64,000 nucleotides of DNA, from NCBI GenBank assembly GCA_044347345.1, contig JBIKUX010000014.1:1-64000 (forward strand), read 5' to 3'. A program made the position numbers and the translations under genes. Source of the DNA: Bdellovibrionota bacterium. GTDB lineage: Bacteria > Bdellovibrionota_C > UBA2361 > JBIKUX01. This document shows, piece after piece, positions 38,813 to 49,546 of the stretch (position 1 is the first letter of the stretch; every line of letters starts with the position of its first letter). The notes beneath the pieces were generated by a model that worked only from the letters and a program-made list of their open reading frames with translations, searched no databases and was not told the DNA's origin.

Positions 38813-40117
38813 ATGAGATCACTACTAATTGCATGGAACTTGATCAGAATACCCCGATTGTTTGGAGCCCTCTTCCTTGTGCCGGCTATTGTTAGCCTAA
38901 TACTTATCTATACCCAGCTACACATCACTGAATTCATAATTAAAACTTTACGCCGAGATTCATCAACAATAAAACAACAAATAAACGAAAAACGAGAAAA
39001 TAATATTATTCGCAAAGTGCTTCTTCACTTAGAAAAACCATTAGAAGATATACAGGTATGCCGCTGGCTATCAAATAATACTAAATTTTCGCAAGATAAT
39101 TTAATAGTTCCTTGCACCATTGAAGCATACGATATAGCTCTTCAAGTAACAGATCCAGCAAACTACGATGCTTCTTCGTATATACAAATTTTTAATGGTC
39201 ATTTTCGACGACTTCACATTTGTGAAAACTGTTCCACAAAAATCATAGTAAATGTCAAAAAAACCAAAAATACAGTAACGACGCCAAATGTTCACGCTTT
39301 TGATGTGTGGGCACTTGCTCTACTAAGTTTAATTGAATTCTCTCAAGAAAGAGCAGAACGGTATCTTGCTATGCTCTCTGAGGTCAATAAAGTTAATGAA
39401 CTTACAGGCCCCATTTTCCTTCATGCTGAAGGATTTAAGGTTCCTATCAAAGTAAATGATTTAACAGAGTCACTTGGTGCGATAGCTGCTTTAGCAATGA
39501 ATATTATCATCGCTCTTTGGTTAGCGGTGCGCGCTCACCGACGCATTCTTGATTATTTTTCGAGAAGTGGTGCTCTTCTTCCGTTAGTTGCAGCCACAGG
39601 GCAACGAGATTTCTACACGGCACTTTGGTATCTCACTGGAGCTCGCGTAGGCTTTTTTTTGATAGCTGCTCTACCTCTTACGTTTGTATACTTAAAGCGC
39701 TTTTCGAATAGACCTATTACTCATGTATTTTTTAATGGAGATATCTCGGCATTGATGGTTTGGCTAATTGCTCTCGTGTCAGGACTTCTTCTCGCAACGC
39801 TCATATCTTCTATAGCAGATCTAAAGCATCGATTTTCGCTCACCTCGCTATGCTATCGCTATGTTCCTCTGGCTTTCGCTCTTTTAGGGGGAGCGTTCTG
39901 GGGCACTTCATTTTTATTTTCTGTAGAACTAATGCACAAACTGCGCATCTTACTAGCTGCACTACCTATAGCAGGAATAACTCCAACTCTACTTGCTCCC
40001 ATTTTTACACCGGATTACGGCGTATTGGTCACTCACGCTCTGCTCAGTGTAGCCCTTCTTACAATCGTTGCACGAGCAAATGTTCGATGGTTTGCCGCTC
40101 ATTTAGAGCAAATATAA
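38813..40117 (+). CDS. Polytopic membrane protein, probable ABC permease
   Basis: N-terminal TM, ~180-aa soluble domain with 4 Cys, then about 6 TM; directly upstream of an ABC ATPase. Confidence 0.65.
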   Translation: MRSLLIAWNLIRIPRLFGALFLVPAIVSLILIYTQLHITEFIIKTLRRDSSTIKQQINEKRENNIIRKVLLHLEKPLEDIQVCRWLSNNTKFSQDNLIVPCTIEAYDIALQVTDPANYDASSYIQIFNGHFRRLHICENCSTKIIVNVKKTKNTVTTPNVHAFDVWALALLSLIEFSQERAERYLAMLSEVNKVNELTGPIFLHAEGFKVPIKVNDLTESLGAIAALAMNIIIALWLAVRAHRRILDYFSRSGALLPLVAATGQRDFYTALWYLTGARVGFFLIAALPLTFVYLKRFSNRPITHVFFNGDISALMVWLIALVSGLLLATLISSIADLKHRFSLTSLCYRYVPLAFALLGGAFWGTSFLFSVELMHKLRILLAALPIAGITPTLLAPIFTPDYGVLVTHALLSVALLTIVARANVRWFAAHLEQI

Positions 40118-40129
40118 AAAAGGTTACAA

Positions 40130-41086
40130 ATGACTTTAACCGAACACTGCACACGAATAACTTTTAGAGATGTAGAGGTATATTACGCCACCCACCCAGC
40201 ATTACGGTGTAACGAGTTAGATTTAGAAACGTCAATTTGCGGAATTATTGGTCCTAACGGAGCAGGAAAATCTACTTTTATCAAAACTATTTTAGGATTA
40301 TTAAGACCTATTCGCGGAGAATTTGGAGCCTATTCTGTAACTAAAAGTGGACTTCACAAACTAGTACCTCAGATAGATATGGCTTACTGTCCAGAGATGG
40401 GTGCAGTCTTTAATGACATATCTGTCGAAGAATATCTTTTATTCTGGTGTCGTCTTCGACACGGTGGTGCAAAATACTTAAAATTTGGTAATGGAAAACA
40501 TCTTCTTGATGCTCTTGACCTCTGGGCTATACTTCCTAAACGAGGCGCTTTTCTCTCAAAAGGTGAAAAGCAACGTGTACAAACTTGTGCCGGATTTCTT
40601 TTAAATCCAAAATTATTTTTATTTGATGAGCCATTTGATGGGCTTGATGTTCAGCGCACTCAAGACCTTGTAAATCTAATTCAATTAAAACTTAGTGAAA
40701 CATCATTCATAATTTCTTCTCACCGAATGGATATTATTGAGAGAATTGCTCGCTCACTCCTGGTGCTCAACCAAGGTAAAATTGTTAGCTCAGGAACTGT
40801 CACAGAGGTTAGCACTGCTCTCGCTGGAGAGGCTATTATCCTCACTCTTCAGAGTGAAGACCGTAATAATAGAGAAAAAGTTGCGCAATATCTAACCACA
40901 TCTTTTCCTCACACGATAATTACCGACAGAGGAACAGAATGGAGCTTAACTGGGTCAGGCCTCACAGCAAAAGAGCTGGCACAATATTTTTCAACACGCT
41001 TTTCACATTTTGAAGTAATGGGTCATCCCCCTTCCCTTACTGATGCTATGACACTTTATCTGCGGAGTATATTACGATCTACATAG
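40130..41086 (+). CDS. ABC transporter ATP-binding protein (DrrA/CcmA-like exporter)
   Basis: GPNGAGKST, LSKGEKQR, FLFDEPFDGLD, ISSH. Confidence 0.93.
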   Translation: MTLTEHCTRITFRDVEVYYATHPALRCNELDLETSICGIIGPNGAGKSTFIKTILGLLRPIRGEFGAYSVTKSGLHKLVPQIDMAYCPEMGAVFNDISVEEYLLFWCRLRHGGAKYLKFGNGKHLLDALDLWAILPKRGAFLSKGEKQRVQTCAGFLLNPKLFLFDEPFDGLDVQRTQDLVNLIQLKLSETSFIISSHRMDIIERIARSLLVLNQGKIVSSGTVTEVSTALAGEAIILTLQSEDRNNREKVAQYLTTSFPHTIITDRGTEWSLTGSGLTAKELAQYFSTRFSHFEVMGHPPSLTDAMTLYLRSILRST

Positions 41087-41149
41087 CATCTTACATCAAG
41101 TTTTCGTACACTTGGGTGGGTATGATTTGCTTATTAAAGCGCACAAATT

Positions 41150-42622
41150 ATGAAAAAACTTATTCTCATTCTCACCGGCATGCTCACTGTTCCATTAATA
41201 GGGGCAATTTTAGTATTGCTTATGCATCCTGCAAAAATGCAGGCACTGGATATGACCGCTCCTACTGTTTCTTTAAGAAATGCGCCTGTTGGATTAAAAA
41301 GTCCTGAAACCAAACTCGAATTAGCTTATTCCGATACAGGAGCTGGAGTATCTGAAGTTTCTGTAACAATCTGTCAAGGAGAAATAATCAAAGAAATTTA
41401 CTCAGAAAAATTCTATCCCAGCAAGAAAGATTCTGTTCTTACCCTCACAATAAAAAGAGGTACTCCAGAGCTTAGACAAGGACCGGCAACAATAAAAATT
41501 ACCCTGAAAGATGCTAGCTTACTCAATAATAAATTAGTTATTGAACACCCAGTACTAGTGGATTACATCGCTCCTCAAGTTGAGCCTATCTCTTCTCATC
41601 ACAATGGCCGAGTAGGAGGAGCTCTTTTAGTCGCTTACAAAGTTTTGGGAGATGATGTAGTCTCGTCGGGGGTTTTAGTTGGAGAAAAGAGGTACTTTGG
41701 TGAGCCAGCTCATAATTTATCGCCAAAAATCTCAGAAACCCCCGGTCTTTTTGTATCTTTGTTTCCTATTCCGACTTCAGTAGATGAAGATATTTCAATA
41801 TCCCTCTTCGCTCATGATAAAGTTGGGAATGAAGGCCGCTCTTCTTTTTACTATACAGTAAAACCAACGCAATTTAGGTCAGCAGATTTATCTTTAAGTC
41901 GTACCTTTTTTGAAGGCACAATTAGTAAACTACTTGGTAAGTATTTAGATTTTGCTCACCTGCCATTTAGAGAATACGATGTAAAAGCCGCTACTGATGA
42001 GCAACTGGCATCTGATTTTAAACTTATAAACGAAGATTATCGAAGAGGTTTAAACGAAAAACTGCGATCCATTAATGCTACTTCAACTTCCACCAGATTA
42101 TTTGAAGGAGCATTTATTCGACCCTTGAGTGCTGCACCAACATCATCATTCGGAGAACAGCGCAGTTACTCACTTAACTCTATCCCCGCTGGACAAAGTA
42201 TCCATCTTGGTATTGACCTTGCCCATCTTATAAATGCACCAGTCTTTGCATCTAACAACGGTAAAATAATTTTTGTCGGCGACTTGGGTATCTACGGCAC
42301 TACCGTTGTAATCGACCATGGAATGGGTCTCACCTCACTTTATGGTCATCTATCTTCAACATCTGTTAACGAACAAGATACTGTTTCTCAAGGTGCTCCT
42401 ATTGGACGCACTGGCGTTACAGGTTTGGCTGGAGGCGACCATCTTCATTTTGAAATGAGATTACATAACGAAGCTGTATCACCCTTTGAATGGTTAGATC
42501 CGCACTGGATCAAGGATCATATCGAACTTCCCATTCAAGACATAGTATCAACAGTTACTTCACCAGTAGATACCAAGTCAGCAGTTGTTGGGGCTACGTC
42601 AGAACAAAATAAAGGTCAGTGA
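41150..42622 (+). CDS. M23 family metallopeptidase, membrane anchored
   Basis: SSFGEQR, HLGIDLA, GIYGTTVVIDHG, SLYGHLS, TGLAGGDHLHF. Confidence 0.93.
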   Translation: MKKLILILTGMLTVPLIGAILVLLMHPAKMQALDMTAPTVSLRNAPVGLKSPETKLELAYSDTGAGVSEVSVTICQGEIIKEIYSEKFYPSKKDSVLTLTIKRGTPELRQGPATIKITLKDASLLNNKLVIEHPVLVDYIAPQVEPISSHHNGRVGGALLVAYKVLGDDVVSSGVLVGEKRYFGEPAHNLSPKISETPGLFVSLFPIPTSVDEDISISLFAHDKVGNEGRSSFYYTVKPTQFRSADLSLSRTFFEGTISKLLGKYLDFAHLPFREYDVKAATDEQLASDFKLINEDYRRGLNEKLRSINATSTSTRLFEGAFIRPLSAAPTSSFGEQRSYSLNSIPAGQSIHLGIDLAHLINAPVFASNNGKIIFVGDLGIYGTTVVIDHGMGLTSLYGHLSSTSVNEQDTVSQGAPIGRTGVTGLAGGDHLHFEMRLHNEAVSPFEWLDPHWIKDHIELPIQDIVSTVTSPVDTKSAVVGATSEQNKGQ

Positions 42623-42654
42623 TCACTAAGGGCTAAATAAATTAATAATAGAAC

Positions 42655-44043
42655 GTGACAATACTTGCAGGTAAATATCAACTTATAGGAGAACTAGGTG
42701 AAGGTAGTACGGGTAAGGTATTTCTCGTTCAACACCCAGACCTTAATGTAAAATATGCCCTCAAGGTTCTACATAATACCTTTTCTGATAATCCTTTATT
42801 CGTCGAACAATTTAAACGAGAAGCGGAGCTTCTCCTTCGTTTTACTCACGAAGGATGTGTACAACTTCGAGATTTTGGACGGCTTGAAAGTGGTTCATAT
42901 TTCATGGCTACAGACTACTGTGAAGGAGAAACTTTAAAGAATAGGCTTAAAAGAGGTGGCGCACTTGATACTGAACATGCTCTTAATCTGCTAATTCAAC
43001 TCCTTGATGTACTAAGTGCCGCTCATGCACGGGGAATAATCCACAGAGATATTAAACCCGATAACATCATCATAGAAGCCGGATATCAAGGAAAAGAGAT
43101 AATCAAAGTACTGGATTTTGGTATTGCACAATTACTTGAACTTGATCGGTCTAAAGATGACAACAATAGCGAGGATTATAACGAAGAACTAACTGTTGGC
43201 ACCCCTGGCTATATGTCACCAGAGCAAGCCTATGGAGAAAGAGACCTAGATCATCGTGTCGACATATATGCCACCGCAATTATAGCTTATGAGATGTTAA
43301 CCGGTGTTCCACCCTATAGTGGAGATTCGCCAGAGGAAATATTACTTGCACATGTAACCAAACTACCTGACCCTTTTGCTGCTCGATTAGGCTTACCAAC
43401 AATTCTTGAAAAGCTAGTCTTCAAAGGTATGGAAAAATCGAGACAGAAAAGATTTAGTTCTGCCACTGCATTTAAACAAGAGCTCACAAACGCTCTTTCT
43501 TTATTGACTGAAACTAACGCTCTTTCAAGGATAAATGTTAAATTGGATACTTCCCAACAGGATATCTTAATTATTCATCCAGACCCCGTCGTTAAATCCT
43601 CATCCTCAAATGAAGAAAAAGCACAAACTAACAATCAAACAGGCACAGTAGTTTCACGTATCCTTATTCTAGATGACGAAGACACTTTGCTTACTCTTAC
43701 TTCTCATATCTTGCAACTTGCTGGATACGAAGTATTTACAGCTAGTAACGTGACAGAAACGCATAGATTTTTGGTACATGAACAAGTAGATTTATTGATA
43801 ACTGATGTACAGATGCCAGATATGCCTGGGTGGAAAGTATGTAAGATGCTCAAAGCCTCGCTTCCAAACCTTAGAGTGATCCTTTTTTCTACTCTGGATT
43901 CTGGAATGCTTGCAAAATTAACTTTAGATAGTGGTGCCGATGGTTGGATTTCAAAAATGACTCCACCTAAACAGTGGTTACCTTTAATAAAAGAAGTACT
44001 TAGCAAACCATCGGGTAGCTTATTGCGAAGGCGCCGTGAATAG
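42655..44043 (+). CDS. Hanks-type Ser/Thr kinase fused to a C-terminal receiver (REC) domain
   Basis: GEGSTGKV, ALKV, HRDIKPDN, DFG, GTPGYMSPEQ; REC: ILILDDE, LITDVQMPDMPG, GADGWISK. Confidence 0.93.
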   Translation: MTILAGKYQLIGELGEGSTGKVFLVQHPDLNVKYALKVLHNTFSDNPLFVEQFKREAELLLRFTHEGCVQLRDFGRLESGSYFMATDYCEGETLKNRLKRGGALDTEHALNLLIQLLDVLSAAHARGIIHRDIKPDNIIIEAGYQGKEIIKVLDFGIAQLLELDRSKDDNNSEDYNEELTVGTPGYMSPEQAYGERDLDHRVDIYATAIIAYEMLTGVPPYSGDSPEEILLAHVTKLPDPFAARLGLPTILEKLVFKGMEKSRQKRFSSATAFKQELTNALSLLTETNALSRINVKLDTSQQDILIIHPDPVVKSSSSNEEKAQTNNQTGTVVSRILILDDEDTLLTLTSHILQLAGYEVFTASNVTETHRFLVHEQVDLLITDVQMPDMPGWKVCKMLKASLPNLRVILFSTLDSGMLAKLTLDSGADGWISKMTPPKQWLPLIKEVLSKPSGSLLRRRRE

Positions 44044-44081
44044 GTTTCCTCGATACGATTATTTAAGTTAACCTAACCAAT

Positions 44082-44411
44082 ATGAAAAAATCTCAACCAT
44101 CATTGATTCTTGATGACACAGCAGTCATAGCTGCCCTCACTGCTCTTCCCGAGTGGCAAAGGACAAGTTCTTATTTAGAACGACATTTAAAATTTCAAAA
44201 CTTTCGAGAAGCGTTTGCGTTTGTTACTGAATGTGTGCTCATCTCTGAAAAGTTTGATCATCATCCATCGATAACTTTCTCCTATAATCATGTTACTATA
44301 CGTCTCACTAGCTTTGATGTAGGAGGTATAACAACAAGAGATATTAGATGGGCGGAAACTGCCGAAAAATGTGCATTAAGATATAAGTCGCCAGAGTCTA
44401 CTACTTCTTAA
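44082..44411 (+). CDS. phhB: Pterin-4-alpha-carbinolamine dehydratase
   Basis: LPEW, FQNFREAFAFV, EKFDHHP, LTSFDVGGITTRD. Confidence 0.92.
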   Translation: MKKSQPSLILDDTAVIAALTALPEWQRTSSYLERHLKFQNFREAFAFVTECVLISEKFDHHPSITFSYNHVTIRLTSFDVGGITTRDIRWAETAEKCALRYKSPESTTS

Positions 44412-44429
44412 TGTCTACTGCTTCTTAAT
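44396..44429 (+). repeat. 17-bp tandem duplication spanning the phhB stop codon
   Basis: GTCTACTACTTCTTAAT GTCTACTGCTTCTTAAT. Confidence 0.85.
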
Positions 44430-44439
44430 TAGGATAATT

Positions 44440-47190
44440 ATGGTCCTCAGTGTTGCTCGAAAAATATTTGGCACTCGTAACGATAGGGTTGTTAGATCAT
44501 TACGACCCATTGTCAATCAAGTAAAAGAAATTGGAACTAATCTTGAAAATCTCTCAGATGTTGAGCTTATAAATCGCACTAGCATGCTTAAAGAGAAATT
44601 AAATCAAGGTGCTTCGCTCGATATGATAGAATCAGAAGCTTACGCTACTGTGCGGGAAGCAGCTTACCGAGTGCTACGCATGCGCCATTTTGATACTCAA
44701 ATTATTGGAGGGGCAGTCCTTCATAGAGGAAACATCGCTGAGATGAAAACTGGCGAAGGAAAAACTCTCGTAGCAACCCTTCCTGCTTATCTTAATGCTC
44801 TCTCAGGCAGAGGAGTACATATCGTTACTGTAAATGATTATCTTGCAAAGAGAGATGCGGAATGGATGGGACAAATTTTTCGCTTTCTAGGTCTGACTGT
44901 AGGATGTGTTCACCCAGGTCTCGCTGAATTCGAGAAGCGCCAGCAATATCATTCTGATATCACGTATGGTCAAAATAACGAATTCGGTTTCGACTACTTA
45001 CGCGATAACATGAAACACTCGCTAGACGAAATGTGCCAGCGACAACACTACTACGCAATCGTTGATGAAGTAGATTCAATTCTAATTGATGAAGCAAGAA
45101 CTCCTTTAATAATATCAGGGCCAATAGATGAATCAACGGACAAATATTACGAAATTAACCGCATTATTCCTCAATTAAAGAAAGACCAACATTATGAAGT
45201 AGACTTACGCACCAAAAACCCAATTCTAACAGAAGAAGGTGTAGCAACAGCTGAGCGCTTGCTCAATATTGACAATCTCTATGACCCGCAAAACATAGAA
45301 ATTGTTCATCATGTAAACCAAGCACTCAAAGCACATACTGTATTTGTCCGAGATGTAGATTATGTGGTTAAAAATGGACAAATCATAATTGTAGATGAGT
45401 TCACCGGTAGATTAATGGCTGGACGACGCTGGTCTAATGGTTTGCACCAAGCAGTAGAAGCAAAAGAAGGAGTAAAAGTTCAAAGAGAAAATCAGACTCT
45501 AGCCAGTATTACTTTCCAAAATTATTTTCGTATGTACGAAAAACTTTCTGGAATGACAGGTACTGCTGATACCGAAGCGGTCGAATTTCAACAAATTTAT
45601 AAACTAGAAGTAATAGTTATTCCAACTAATCGACCTATGGTCAGATGCGATGAAAGCGATTTAGTATTTCGCAATCGTGCTGAGAAATATGAAGCTGTGG
45701 TCGAAGATATAGCATCTATCCACTCTACGGGTCAGCCAGTCCTAGTTGGAACTATCAGCATTGAGCAAAGTGAGGCTCTTTCAACAGTCCTTCAAAAAAA
45801 AGGCATTAAGCACAATGTGCTTAATGCAAAAAAACATGAGCATGAGGCTGAAATTGTTGCTCAAGCCGGCAGATTAAATGCCGTAACTATTTCTACAAAT
45901 ATGGCTGGAAGAGGTACAGATATTGTACTGGGAGGAAATCCTGAATTTCTTGCGGCCGCCGAAACTGGCACAAAAGATAGGCTAGATCCTAACTTTTGTG
46001 CTGCTTATAACAAATATCAAGATCAGTGCTTACAAGAACGAGAACAAGTCCTTCAGGTCGGTGGTTTAGCGATTATAGGCACTGAGCGTCATGAATCCCG
46101 CCGAATAGATAACCAGCTTCGTGGTCGTGCTGGAAGACAAGGCGACCCTGGCATGAGTCGATTCTATATCTCTCTAGAAGACGATCTCATGCGACGCTTT
46201 GCAGGAGATAAACTACAAATGCTCCTGCAAAAACTAGGCTGGGAAGAGGGAGCAGCCATGGACGGTAGACTCATTAGTCACTCAATTGAAACAGCTCAGA
46301 AACGTGTTGAAGCGATGCATTTTGAGAGTCGAAAACACGTCACAGAATACGATGACGTAATGAATCGTCAACGAAACATAATTTATCAACTGAGACACAG
46401 AATACTTACTGAATCATCACTTGAGAATGAAATACACCTGATGATTGATGATATCCTTGAAGAATTAGTCCTTGAAATATGTGATGATAAAATAAAACCA
46501 TCTCAATGGGATGTTTCAAAACTTAACGAGCGATTTTCTTTTCTTTTTAATATACCTAGCCCATTTGAAACAAAGAACGAAATTACTGAATCAAACAGAA
46601 AGCTTGATTCTCAAGAAATTTTTAATAAACTTCGCTCAGAAGCAAAGGCTCACTATAATAAAATTACGGAAGAAAAAGAGTCAAAACTTTTAGCACTACG
46701 TGATTTTTCTCAATCAGAGCAAAATGTAATTCAGTTTAGCGATAACATTCCGACCTATAATGAAATTGAACGTCGTACGATCTTAGAAGCAGTTGATTAC
46801 TTTTGGAACAATCATCTTCAAGATATGGAGACGCTACGTGAAGGAATCGGGCTGAGAGGTTATGGTCAGAAGAATCCTCTTTACGAATATCAAAAAGAGG
46901 GTTTTTCTTTATTTGAAACGACTTTAGCTTCCATCAAGGAATCCGTATTACGTCGATTATTCTACGAGCAGATCCTAGATGTGAATGTTCTTTTAAATCA
47001 TATTGCCGAAGAAGAAAAACGACGACATAACCTTCTTGCAGAAAGCTCGCTATCTCATGGTGATACTGCATCTCACACTGACATTAACGATGAGGATACT
47101 TCATCAAATACAATAACATATCAGGAAAGCTTAGATGATGCTCGTGCTCGACGTGAACAATTAAAACGAGAGAGACGCAAGCACCGTTGA
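44440..47190 (+). CDS. secA: Preprotein translocase ATPase SecA
   Basis: AEMKTGEGKT, VTVNDYLA, IVDEVDSILIDEARTPLIISG, TNMAGRGTDI, RIDNQLRGRAGRQGDPG. Confidence 0.99.
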   Translation: MVLSVARKIFGTRNDRVVRSLRPIVNQVKEIGTNLENLSDVELINRTSMLKEKLNQGASLDMIESEAYATVREAAYRVLRMRHFDTQIIGGAVLHRGNIAEMKTGEGKTLVATLPAYLNALSGRGVHIVTVNDYLAKRDAEWMGQIFRFLGLTVGCVHPGLAEFEKRQQYHSDITYGQNNEFGFDYLRDNMKHSLDEMCQRQHYYAIVDEVDSILIDEARTPLIISGPIDESTDKYYEINRIIPQLKKDQHYEVDLRTKNPILTEEGVATAERLLNIDNLYDPQNIEIVHHVNQALKAHTVFVRDVDYVVKNGQIIIVDEFTGRLMAGRRWSNGLHQAVEAKEGVKVQRENQTLASITFQNYFRMYEKLSGMTGTADTEAVEFQQIYKLEVIVIPTNRPMVRCDESDLVFRNRAEKYEAVVEDIASIHSTGQPVLVGTISIEQSEALSTVLQKKGIKHNVLNAKKHEHEAEIVAQAGRLNAVTISTNMAGRGTDIVLGGNPEFLAAAETGTKDRLDPNFCAAYNKYQDQCLQEREQVLQVGGLAIIGTERHESRRIDNQLRGRAGRQGDPGMSRFYISLEDDLMRRFAGDKLQMLLQKLGWEEGAAMDGRLISHSIETAQKRVEAMHFESRKHVTEYDDVMNRQRNIIYQLRHRILTESSLENEIHLMIDDILEELVLEICDDKIKPSQWDVSKLNERFSFLFNIPSPFETKNEITESNRKLDSQEIFNKLRSEAKAHYNKITEEKESKLLALRDFSQSEQNVIQFSDNIPTYNEIERRTILEAVDYFWNNHLQDMETLREGIGLRGYGQKNPLYEYQKEGFSLFETTLASIKESVLRRLFYEQILDVNVLLNHIAEEEKRRHNLLAESSLSHGDTASHTDINDEDTSSNTITYQESLDDARARREQLKRERRKHR

Positions 47191-47237
47191 TATCAGCACT
47201 CAGTTAATATTAGCAATTAGTTAACCTAAAAAATAAG

Positions 47238-48419
47238 GTGACCGTGGCCAGCCTCTCACCATTTTCACTTTATATTCATATTCCGTTTTGTATGCGCAAA
47301 TGTCCTTATTGTGACTTTGCGACAGAGGCTAGCAAAGCAATTCCAGAGGATCTTTACCTAAATGCTATCCTCAGTGAGCTTAGTTATTACATTAACCAAA
47401 GTGAATGGTGTGACCGTTTAATAACAACAATATTTTTTGGTGGAGGCACTCCCTCCTTACTATCTTTTCAGGGAATTGAAAGAGTGCTTCAGTCAATTTA
47501 CAACCTGTGGAATATCGCTAGTGATGTTGAAATCACTCTTGAGGCAAATCCTGAAACTGTTGATAAAACCAAAGCTCAAGACTGGAAGTCTATTGGCATT
47601 AATAGAGTAAGTTTAGGAGTACAATCATTTTCAGAGAGGCACCTTAATCAACTTGGCAGACATCATTCTCCTAAACAATCGAAATATGCGATAGAATATT
47701 TAATAGAAAGTAACATTACAAACGTATCTCTTGACCTTATTTACGGACTACCATCTCAAACTACTAATGAATTAATGGCTGACCTAAATACTGCTCGCTC
47801 GCTGTGTATCACTCATTTATCAGCCTATAGTCTCACAATTGAGCAAGGGACTCCCCTAGCTTCGCATGTTTTTAATAAAACTGTGATACCACTTGATGAC
47901 GACATTGTCGCAGAGCAATTTGATTTAATCAGCACTATTTTCTCAACAACTCCGTGGTATCGTTATGAGGTAAGCAATTTTGCAACTCCTAATTACGAAT
48001 CAAGGCATAATCGAGCTTACTGGGAGGGAAAAGACTATCTGGGGATAGGTGCTGGTGCTCATAGTTACGTGAAAGGGTATCCAAGTAAAAGATGGGCAAA
48101 CGTGCGTCTTTGGGAACCTTACGTTAAACGAGTAAATACCAATGTAACGCCTGTTGCTTGGAAAGAAACGCTATCATTAGAGCGAGAAATAGAGGAATTT
48201 CTTCTACTTCGTCTTCGTCTTACAGATGGAGCTAATCACTCAGATTTTAAGTCTCAATTTAATTTCGATATCGAGCAATACTTTCCAGGAGTACTAAACG
48301 AACTAAAACAAAATAATCTTATAAATGATGACGGACAAAGATTTGCAACTACATCTAAAGGAATGAAATTGCTTGATTCGGTGATAGAGAAATTTGTAGC
48401 TGAGTTTAAACCAAACTAG
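47238..48419 (+). CDS. hemW: Radical SAM heme chaperone HemW (HemN-like)
   Basis: LYIHIPFCMRKCPYCDF, FFGGGTPS, EANP, YEVSNF, HNRAYW, YLGIGAGAHS. Confidence 0.93.
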   Translation: MTVASLSPFSLYIHIPFCMRKCPYCDFATEASKAIPEDLYLNAILSELSYYINQSEWCDRLITTIFFGGGTPSLLSFQGIERVLQSIYNLWNIASDVEITLEANPETVDKTKAQDWKSIGINRVSLGVQSFSERHLNQLGRHHSPKQSKYAIEYLIESNITNVSLDLIYGLPSQTTNELMADLNTARSLCITHLSAYSLTIEQGTPLASHVFNKTVIPLDDDIVAEQFDLISTIFSTTPWYRYEVSNFATPNYESRHNRAYWEGKDYLGIGAGAHSYVKGYPSKRWANVRLWEPYVKRVNTNVTPVAWKETLSLEREIEEFLLLRLRLTDGANHSDFKSQFNFDIEQYFPGVLNELKQNNLINDDGQRFATTSKGMKLLDSVIEKFVAEFKPN

Positions 48420-48464
48420 TACGCTAATGGTACTGCGACTCTCCTACTATAAACGAGATTTAAT

Positions 48465-49454
48465 ATGAGGACACTCTTTGTTAGCATACTGGCCACCGCT
48501 TTGATCTGGCCTTTAGCATGGTTTAGTTCAAAAGCTCTTATTACCAGCGGAGGTCGAGTTAAGCCAACATTACCTTATTCCACGCCGACTCTTAACTCTC
48601 AAAAATCTGCCGAACAATCTGAGCTTCAAAAGATTTCCAAAGAGGATGCAGGTAAGTGGCGAGCTTTAGGGCATGAATTAATAAACAAAGCATCCGCCAT
48701 GAACGCTCCTGAAGATAAACAGGAAGCATTAGTTGAAGCATTAGACGCATTCAGAACTGTCCTATCGGTAGAACCAAATGACCCTGAATCGCTTGCCGCA
48801 GTAGGAGATATTGCTTTTGAAACACAAGCATTTTTTCAAGCTGCTAACTACTACTATAAGTACCTCAATGAGCGCCCAACGGACATGAATTACCACAAGC
48901 GCTACGCTAGCGCTCTCACCTTTATTGGAAAGGCAGACCAATCCGTTTCAGTGCTAGAAAAAGTCTTATTTGAACAACCTAATGATTTTCAAGCTCTTGC
49001 TTACCTAGCAATTGCAGAATCGCAACTTGGTCATATTGAACGAGTAAAATCAATCGGTGAAAAAGCGCTTCTAGCGGCACCTAGTGAGCAAGAAAGAGGC
49101 AGATTTGCGGAATTTTTAAATAAAATAATCTCCAATTCCAAAGGATCAACGATAACGAGTCAACCAGTAGCAACAATTACTGCATCTGCTAACTCAAGTG
49201 AGAAACAAGATCCATTCCTAATGGCAATTAGAAATCATCCTATTGCCGGAAGCAAAATAGTTTCTATTGAACGCAAAGAAGATACTCTGATACTTTTTTT
49301 TCGAGATTTTCCCATGCAAGGAATGCCTACAGTTGCACGTCAAAAATTCTTATCGAATATAGCAAAATATCCCGGATTAGAAGGTATTAAAACCTTACAA
49401 TTCATGGATACAGCGACTAATACTCTGATGGAACAATATTCTTTGAATAGATAA
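48465..49454 (+). CDS. Membrane-anchored TPR protein
   Basis: N-terminal hydrophobic segment; TPR-like repeats (LSVEPNDPESLAAVG, EQPNDFQALAYLA). Confidence 0.8.
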   Translation: MRTLFVSILATALIWPLAWFSSKALITSGGRVKPTLPYSTPTLNSQKSAEQSELQKISKEDAGKWRALGHELINKASAMNAPEDKQEALVEALDAFRTVLSVEPNDPESLAAVGDIAFETQAFFQAANYYYKYLNERPTDMNYHKRYASALTFIGKADQSVSVLEKVLFEQPNDFQALAYLAIAESQLGHIERVKSIGEKALLAAPSEQERGRFAEFLNKIISNSKGSTITSQPVATITASANSSEKQDPFLMAIRNHPIAGSKIVSIERKEDTLILFFRDFPMQGMPTVARQKFLSNIAKYPGLEGIKTLQFMDTATNTLMEQYSLNR

Positions 49455-49546
49455 AATAATCGCAAAAAAATAATCAGATGTAGACATTCGCTAAAATTCC
49501 TGATACCCAAATTAGGCTAATTTAATACATTTTAGGGATTATCTGC

